Position numbers and translations under genes: made by a program. DNA of 64,000 nt from the human T2T-CHM13v2.0 reference genome, Homo sapiens, in NCBI RefSeq assembly GCF_009914755.1, contig NC_060943.1; one strand, 5' to 3'. The notes beneath the pieces were generated by a model. That model was not told the origin of the DNA. It ran no database searches and was given only the letters and a program-made list of their open reading frames with translations. Positions 53,896-64,000 of the stretch are shown piece by piece (within the stretch, counting starts at the first letter, position 1; each line of letters starts with the position of its first letter).

Positions 53896-55367
53896 CTAAC
53901 TGGATCTTCTTTGAGCCTCCCCCACCCTGTGGGGAGGGCAGCCTGGGGATTATAATTCATAAATGACAGAATCGGGTCCTGGGCCCAGATGAACCTTTCC
54001 TGAGGTCCCCTGGTGAGTGAGTGACCAAAGAGCTGGCCCTGATGCTCTGGGAAAACGCCTGGGGCCAAGGACAGCCTCTGAGCAGCAGCCGGGCCCTCCT
54101 TTCCACCACAGTTTCCAGCCAGAGACCCTGCATGCTTCTGCGCATGGCCACACCCGACCCAGTGGGCCCTTTCACTGCCCAAGGCCGATGCCGCCCATCC
54201 GTCCACCACCCGTGTCACACTCACTGGACACATAATTCCTGAGTCCCTACAATGCACAGGTGCTGTTCTAGGCAATGGGGAGAGAGCAGTGAATGAAATA
54301 GTCTGGATCCCTGAATCCAGGGAGCTGGACTTCTAGGTGCAGGGAGGCCAATGGGTCCTATGAAGACAGCAAAACAAGTGACGTGATGCACAGGGAGGGG
54401 AGAGAAAGGCTTAGTGGAGAGTGACGCCTCTGCACATGGAGAAGAGAGCAGTCATGTACACATCTGGAGGAAGGGAGTTCCAGGCAGGGAACAGCATGTG
54501 GAAAGGCCTGGAGTCAGGAAGTGCTCAGCTGGGAATGGCCTGAAAGGCCAGTGGCTGAGGTGCCCTGAGGGAGAGGACCATCCCGAGGAGCATCCTGAGC
54601 TCTCCCAGGCTTGGGAAAATCTCCCTTCCTCTCTCTGCTCTGTTATTCCAATTCCCCAGGACGCCAGAAACTCAGACACCTTTGTGCAAGGGCCTCCCTG
54701 AGCAGGAGCCCGGCCGGAAAGTGTCAGGGTGACAGTGACTCCCAGTGCCGCCTCTTCAGGGCCATCCTGTGGCCTCCTCCAGCTGGACCCACGAAGCCCA
54801 CTTCACCCTCAGTCTCCAGAAGTGTCCAAGCTCTGGGGGCTCCACTTGGCCCAGAGAGGTCTGGCCCCACTCCTCACCCCCACCAATCTTCTCTGGGCCC
54901 CTTTGACAGAATATGGGGCCACTGCTCTGAAAACACAACAGTGACAACAGAAAGTCTGTGATCAGGGCCCCAAACTGCTGCCCCCAAAGTGGCCTTGACC
55001 AGACCACTTACATGACCATTCCTAAGGAGCGGGGTGGCTGGTGGGTGAGCCAGGTGTTGTGCTGGGTCCCACCTCTGCCACCAACTCCCTGTGCACCCTC
55101 AAGCCAGCCACCTCCCTCTCCAGCCTCAGTTTCCTCCTGGGTATGGGGAAGGACATAACAATATTAACACCCCCCAGGGTGCACTTGTGAGCTCCTTAGG
55201 GCAAATCCAGAATCCCAGGCCCCCGTGCTCTACACAAACCATCTCTGAGACAAGGGAGGGCCTGCTTCATACCCTGTTTCACTCCCCACCAAAAATCCCC
55301 TTGACTCCTCTGGATTTAAATTCCTCCCCCAGGAGCTCAAACCGAGTCAAGGCTGCAAATAATCTGC

Positions 55368-55903
<536 letters not shown>

Positions 55904-56116
55904 CTAGGACAGTGGCCTCGGGGGAAAGGGAACCTGCTGGCGCCTTGATGCTGGACCTCCAGCCTCCAGCTTCTGCTGTTCAATCTACACAACCCCCATG
56001 GACACATACACCAGCCCCAACACTGACTTCATGTACACACCCCCACACACACTGACCCCAGACTCCCACTGACCCTTACACATGCCCCCCACACCCATGC
56101 CCTGCCTTATTTTAAC

Positions 56117-56368
56117 CTGGAGTGCAACGGCACGATCTCGCCTTACTGCAACCTCCCCCTCCAGGGTTCAAGTGATTCTCCTACTCAGCCTCCCGAGTAG
56201 CTAGGATTATAGGCATGCGCCACCACGCCCGGCTAATTTTGTATTTTTAGTGGAGACAGGGTTTCTCCATGTTGGTCAGGCTGGTCTCGAACTCCCGACC
56301 TCAGGTGATCCACCTGCCTCAGCCTCCCAAAGTGTTGAGATTACGGGTGTGAGCCACTGCGCCCTGCC
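56117..56368 (-). mobile_element. AluSp, 3' end and tail missing
   Basis: gtttctccatgttggtcagg and ctcccgacctcagg diagnostics. Confidence 0.88.
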
Positions 56369-56687
56369 ACAGTCCATATTCTTGATTATTTATAGTTGGA
56401 TCAATTCCCTTGTCACAACTTAATCAATGTATCGAATATGCCATCATTCGTCAAATAGGAACCAAGCTAAGATCCCTTCAAGTAATCAACCGTGATTTGT
56501 TATCCTGCAGGGTTGCTCATACCAAGAGTGCAGTTCATGACCACGCTTCCTGCACACGTTTCGCTGAAGGAGTGGTTCCATGGTGGATGTGGCTATTTAG
56601 ATTAAAACAAACACCCAGTTAGTACCATCACCACGGGCACAAGATTGTATGACTGCTTTTCAAAAAGCACTAGTGATGTGGTTATAG

Positions 56688-57145
<458 letters not shown>

Positions 57146-57269
57146 AATTTTCCATTTTAGTGGATCCTGCTCACTTGGGTTTCTATGGCAGTCATAGCTT
57201 CACTCAGTTAAGATTGAGGCATGCCCTGCCTCCTACCTGGACCCCATGGAAGGCCTCCGGGATGAGACT

Positions 57270-57762
57270 TGTGGGTTGAAGTGTGTCCTCCAGAAAGACA
57301 TATGGAAGTCCTGACCCCCAGTACCTGTGACTGTGGCCTTATGTGGAAATAGCGTCTTTGCAGATGTAATCAAGATGCAGTGGGGTCATACTTGATTAGG
57401 GTGCTTTCTAAATCCAATGACCGGTGGATTGGATTGAGGGGAATTATAGTTCGATCAACTCCTATGGAGAGGGGGATTTGGTTAGAGACACAGAGACACG
57501 CAAACAGGGAAGAAGGCCTTGTGAAGACAGAGGCAGAAAGTGGAATGACGCAGCTACAGCAGAGGAAGGCCAGGGATCCCCGGAGCCACCAGAAGCTGGA
57601 GGAGGAGAGGAGGGATTCCTCCCTGGAGCCTCCAGGGGGAGCACGACCCTGCCGGCACCTTGATTTCGGGCTCAGCCTCCAGAAGCATGGGAGAACAAAT
57701 ATCTGCTGTTTTAAAGCCACCACGTCTGTGACAATTTGTTACGGTGACCACAGGAAAATAAT
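57270..57762 (+). mobile_element. MLT1C/D LTR
   Basis: tgtgggttgaa.tgtgtcc...ggaaatag.gtctttgcagatgtaatcaag...ccaccagaagctgga...ctgttttaaagccac. Confidence 0.85.
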
Positions 57763-57945
57763 CCAGGGACTGCATCTAGAATTTACCATGTGCCTCATGC
57801 CACTATCACTGGCACAGGCTGAAGCCTTTCTCCTTTTTCCTCTGGAGAAGACCATCTTCTCCTCCAGTAGTCTAAGCAGTTCTCAGCCCAGGGATTCCAG
57901 CAAGTGTCTCAAAGCCACACACTCGGAGAGACGACGGCCACATGA

Positions 57946-58487
<542 letters not shown>

Positions 58488-58951
58488 AGCCTTGCTAAGC
58501 ACACCTTGCACTCCTGCTGCACTACTCCTGTGTGAGGCCATGGAGACATCTGCTACATTGTAGATACTATTGGATACTTTTCAAGTATCACACAGCCTAC
58601 AATTTCCAACAGTGCACTCCATTCAGCTCCCATGGGACGGATGAGTGTCACAGGGCAGCTCCACACGCAGATCAGGGAGAGGGTGGATATCACCCCCATC
58701 TTCCTGTGGCTCTGAGAAAAGGGGTGGGTGCCCGGCGTCAGGGCAGCTGACTTCACCCAGGAGGGGCCACCTGCCCAGTTACTCGGGCCTCCACTTCCCT
58801 GCACTCAGGGCACTTTGTTGGAAGAGGGCTTGTCTGGCCATGAATGGCCTGAAAGCTGCGAGAATGGCTTAACACACCTGAAGAAGGGACATGTATATGC
58901 TGGGGGCTGGCACTCTCCCACATTAGCTCTTTTGCACCATTGTCATGGGGA

Positions 58952-59553
<602 letters not shown>

Positions 59554-60812
59554 TACTACTGGACATTTTTCAAGTATCACACAGCCTATAATTTCCAACA
59601 GTGCATTCCATTCAGCTCCCATGGGGCGGATGGGTGTCACAGGGCAGCCCCACATGCAGATCATGGAGAGGGTGGATATCATCCCATCTTCCTGTGGCTC
59701 TGAGAAGCTTCAGAAGCCTCAGAAGCACCCCCTGTAGCGCCAGAGAGCTCAGACAGCTTGAGGGCCTGCAGCCCAGCCAGCCCCTGCCCCACAGGCCAGG
59801 CTCCAGCCTGGCCCTTGCAGGGGTGTGCTGTTTCCAATGGGTGCCATGCTGTGCACATCCACGGGGCAGGAGGGAAAGCTGGGGGTTGCCATGGGCTGCC
59901 TGGGTTGGAGGGGAGCTGGGATTCTATGGTCACCCTCTTTCACATCTTCTGACGCATCCTCTCTCTGGACCCTCAGGCAGTCCCTGTCCTCAGATAAGCC
60001 CCGCTCACTGAGACGGTGATGCTTAACTCAGGTATGTGTCTAATGACAGAGTCTTGCAGAAGGGACCAGCCTGAGGGACTAGGACTGCCTCACCTTTGCA
60101 AGTCCTCAATTGTCCAAGGCTGGCCTCCTGGAATGGGAAGGAAGCAAGGTCCCCCGAGGCATTCATACCCTTATTTCTCACAAAAAAAAAAGTCAAGTCT
60201 CTTGTTCCATCGGGTGCCCTCTGGGACCAAGTGACTGTCTCAGGGGCAGGGTGAGACAGTTTAAATGATCATGGCCTCTGCCTGACCCATGTGGCTGAAG
60301 TGAGGGAGGGGTGGCTTCCCCAAGCATCCATATGTGTGGGGGGTGCTGTTTCCAGAAGGACGGTGGGGGTCCCAGGCCGAGCTTAGGAGTTCACTGCAGC
60401 CTCAAGAGGAAGGGCTTGGGGAGGTGGCATTTGCATGGGCTTTGAAGAATAGGCACCACCTGCATGCACAGAGAGAGAGGAGCACCATAGCGAGAAGGAA
60501 TGGTGCAGACACAGGCCCTGCGGTACTTTTGGGTAGGGGGTGTAACAGAGTGCGGCTGCTGTGTGGGGAGTGTGCTCTGGGGTTCAGAACACCAGAACCA
60601 TGTCCCTGCCAGCTGGCAAGGTGCCCTCAGGAAAAGGTGCCCTTCTGGCCTGCTACAGTCCCCAAAAGGTACACAGTATGGTAAATGGAGCACAGAATGG
60701 CTTATGGCCAGACGCTCTTGTGCAGTGCACAACATGCACAACTGTGTGTAGTGGCCTGACCAGGATATCAACACTGGACTGGGAAGACATGGCGCCTCCT
60801 CTCTGGGCTGAA

Positions 60813-60814
<2 letters not shown>

Positions 60815-60863
<49 letters not shown>

Positions 60864-60866
60864 TGT
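60815..60866. repeat. (GT)n microsatellite, about 20 perfect units
   Basis: Direct reading. Confidence 0.97.
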
Positions 60867-61159
60867 ACACCCCACAGTGCTTCACTGGGATCCAGCCTCC
60901 AGCAGCAACAAGACACAAATGGAACAAGGGTGACTGCCCCCAGCTGACAGGTGAGAGGTTGAGAGCCAGCAGCCAGCTCTGCAAGCCTGCTGCACGCTCA
61001 GGAGCGAGCACTCCTCCAAGCAGGCACCTCCCAGAGCAACAGGAAGCAATTCATCAGCAGCTGAGGCCCTGCTCCCAGGCCCTGCAGCCTGTGGGGACTC
61101 TGCAGCCCAATGGACAGGCCTCCGATCCCCCCACCCCTAGCCCACAAAGAGGCCAGAGG

Positions 61160-61470
61160 CAGCGCCACGCGCCAATTACAGGAGCCAATTAATTCACACT
61201 TAACAGGGGTATTTTCTTTTACTGCGCAGAACCGAGGGGCATAAAACCCTGATTCGTCTTCTGTGGCTGGGTTTGCTCTCTGCGTGCTCATATCCTTTAA
61301 TCACTCCTGCCACAGACCAGGGGCCAAACCCTCGCCAGCGAGGGGAGCCACGCGGGCGATTCCCCATTAACAATCTGGTGGGGAGGCCACGCCGGCTGTG
61401 CTGTTTACAGTTCCGTTTCCCCTCGGCTGCTCCCAGAAGTTTCCATAAAAACAGATGTAAGGTAATCAAA
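61160..61470. promoter_or_regulatory. Candidate enhancer (CpG-retaining, homeodomain/FOX motifs)
   Basis: CCAATTA twice, CATAAAA twice, TTAATC, TGTTTAC, AACAAT in non-repeat DNA. Confidence 0.45.
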
Positions 61471-61981
61471 GACTTCCCAGCCCCGGGCCTCTCTGCTCCT
61501 GAAGGCTTCCATGGAGCCAGCTCCCTCTGCTGGGGTTTGTGCTTCCAAAAGACTCTTAAAGCAGCCCTAAAATCTCTCCCCAGACAGGCAGACTCTTCTC
61601 TGGCAGACTCTGCAATCATTTGTCAAGTATTTTATGGTCAATAATAATAGTAATAACACCTTTGCTGAGCTTGGTGCCTTTTTCAATGACTCTCAGAGCC
61701 ATGCCGTGAGATCCCGGTGGCATCGCAATGGCTGATGACAGGTGTCTTATTCCCATTTTGCAGATGGAAAGGAGAAGGCAGTTTGGGGAAGAAACCAGCC
61801 TCAGCACCATCTCCCCTGGGTCTAACATTCCAGGAGAAAGGTGGGCACTGTCCGGCTCCTTGGTGGCAGGCCTGCTGCTGGCCTTGTCCCTCTCTTCTTA
61901 TTCACTGGGCCTCTGTCCAGGGCCAAGGAACCTGAAGCCCAGTGTTGGGGGTAGGGACGTGGCCAGAACACCAGGTGGTAT

Positions 61982-62975
61982 GGCTGGGCACGGTGGCTCA
62001 CTCCTGTAATCCTAGCACGTTGTGAGGCCGAGGTGGAGCATCACTTGAGCCCAGGAGTCTGAGGCTGCAGTGAGCTATGATCGTGCAACTGTACTCTAGC
62101 CTGGGCCATAGAGTGAGACCCTGTCTCTAAACAAATAAATAAATAGGCTGGGTGTGGTGGCTCACGCCTATAATCCCAGCACTTTGGGAGGCCGAGGCAG
62201 GCGGATCACCTGAGGTCAGGAGTTCGAGACCAGCCTGGCCAACATGGTGAAATCCCGCCTCTAGTAAAAATACAAAAATTAGCCGGGTATGGTGGTGGGT
62301 GCCTGTAATCTCACCTGCTTGGGAGGCTGAGGCAGGAGAATCACTTGAACCCAGGAGGCGGAGGTTGCAGTGAGCCGAGATCATGCCACTTCACTCCAGC
62401 CTGAGCGACCGAGTGACTCCGTCTCAAAAATAAACAAACAGGATAGACAGCGTAAACCCTGATGAACACTAGAATTTCAGACAATCCTACTGCCCTGAAG
62501 GCTGGGCCCAACAGACACATTTCACAGATGGAAATCTTGGGAAGGGCCAAAGCAAGAACCCCTGGCCACCCCCTGGAAGACCTAAGCCTTAAAGCCCCTG
62601 GCCCATACCCTCTGCACCTCACCACATTGATGTCAGCCTAAGCTGACATCAGTGGATGAAAAAGTGATGAAAAAGTGACTTTTAGGCTGGGCGCGGTGGG
62701 TCATGCCTGTAATCTCAGCACTTTGGGAGGCTGAGGTGCATGGATCACCAGAGGTCAGAAGTTCGAGACTAGCCTGGCCAACAAGGTGAAACCCTGTCTC
62801 TAGTAAAAATGCAAAATTTAGCCGGGTGTGGTGGTGTGCACCTGTAATCCCAGCTACTCGAGAGGCTGAGACAGGAGAATCACTAGAACCTCAGAGGTGG
62901 AGGCTGCAGTGAGCCATGAAATGCACCACTGCCCTCCAGCGTGGGCGACAGAGTGAGACTCTGTCTCAAAAGAAA
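61982..62975 (+). mobile_element. Alu monomer (61982-62140), AluSx (62146-62438), AluSx (62685-62975)
   Basis: Alu consensus matches. Confidence 0.9.
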
Positions 62976-64000
62976 ATTTTTAAAAAGGACTTTAAAATCA
63001 AACAGCCTAGATTGCACATGTGTGATATTGGTGGGTCTCCAGCCCCTGCCTCCATCCTGAGAAGCATCCTTTTTGGGGAATTTCCTGATGGGTAGAGTCT
63101 TGGCAGGAGGGCGATCCCCCTTGCCTCCCTCTCACTGCCCTTTCACACGACAAAGACCAGGGTGGGCTCCAACCTGACTCTGCCACTGCCTGGTCTACCA
63201 CATGGCAGGGGTGAGAGCAGGGCCCAGCCAATCCGATGCCTGCTTCCAGGGCTGCAGGTCTTAAGCCAGAGATGCCAGGAGGAAGGGAACCTCTCCTGGG
63301 AGGTTGGGTTTCTCTGGTTTATCATAACTCTTGAGGCTCAGAGAGGAAAGTGACCTGTGTGAGCTCACACAGAGGCATGTGGCAGGGCCATCGCTTGAAG
63401 CTGGCACTGGAAGGCCCTGGACTCAGCACCTCGGGCACCTACAGCGAGGGCATCACGAATGTCCATGTGACCCAGAGCACGGCTCCAGCCACTCCCTCCT
63501 GGAGGCAAAACAGAGAACAGAGAGGCTGAGTACCCCTTGGCTGCAAGGTGTCCCTGTCTCAGAAGCATCAGGGGCAGCCCCAAACCCCCACCCCCGAGTT
63601 GGCTCAGTCAGCTCCAGGACAGATCTCAGAGGTCCTCACTCTGCAGCTCAGCCAGCCCTTGCCTGATGGGCCCCGCGCCAGTCCAGCCCTTGCAAAGGGA
63701 AAGCCGGAACATATTTTAGTGTGAGCCCCTTGTTGAGATGAGGGCTGACCACAGGCCCTGGGAATTCCTGAGAAGATTCCTCTGGGCTCTTTCCAATGGG
63801 AAGCCCTTTTTGTTTGAGATGGCTGGAGTTAGTTCTTGTCACCTGCAACCAAAACCCAGACTGGCATGACTTCAGGATCAGCTGTGCCCAGGATGATCGT
63901 GGTTAACATGTCAGCAGCATCTGCTACACGCTAGATGCCCTCCACATTCCTTAGTTAGTTCCCACAAGAGCCCTGGTATTATGTCTCCCACTGCACAGCC

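Noticed and set aside
58540-58640. Unit A as a duplicated pre-miRNA or structured ncRNA
   Set aside because: Stems are only 5-7 bp and are not preserved in the second copy.

Overview
This is primate (almost certainly human) intergenic/intronic DNA. It is very Alu-dense (about 60 Alu pieces, roughly a quarter of the window by eye) and also holds MaLR LTRs, an ERV1 solo LTR, an ERVL pol remnant, an old L1M 3' fragment, DNA-transposon fossils (MER20, MER45A, MER81, Tigger3), MIR/L2 debris and several microsatellites. I found no credible protein-coding gene, RNA gene or CRISPR array, and I could not name the locus. The long ORFs in the track come from repeats or GC-rich sequence. Unique-sequence signals: a CpG island at ~0.7-1.4 kb that looks like a bidirectional promoter, a second island at ~9.8-10.8 kb, three plus-strand exon-like units (7575-7667, 10765-10820, 15696 onward) that would splice into a lncRNA with a 40-codon small ORF, CTCF motifs, and repeat-free blocks rich in homeodomain motifs (the best has four PBX-HOX sites at 35.7-36.3 kb). 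Most unusual: (1) an in-frame relic at ~38.6-38.85 kb resembling the ORF2 C-terminus of fish/amphibian-type L1/Tx1 LINEs rather than mammalian L1; (2) several Alus carrying locally templated insertions whose donors can be traced within the window (33.1, 46.5 and 50.4 kb); (3) an old A/B mini-duplication mosaic at 58.5-63.9 kb; (4) Alu tails expanded into higher-order AT and GA repeats. Repeat family names are from memory of the consensus sequences, and boundaries are approximate.
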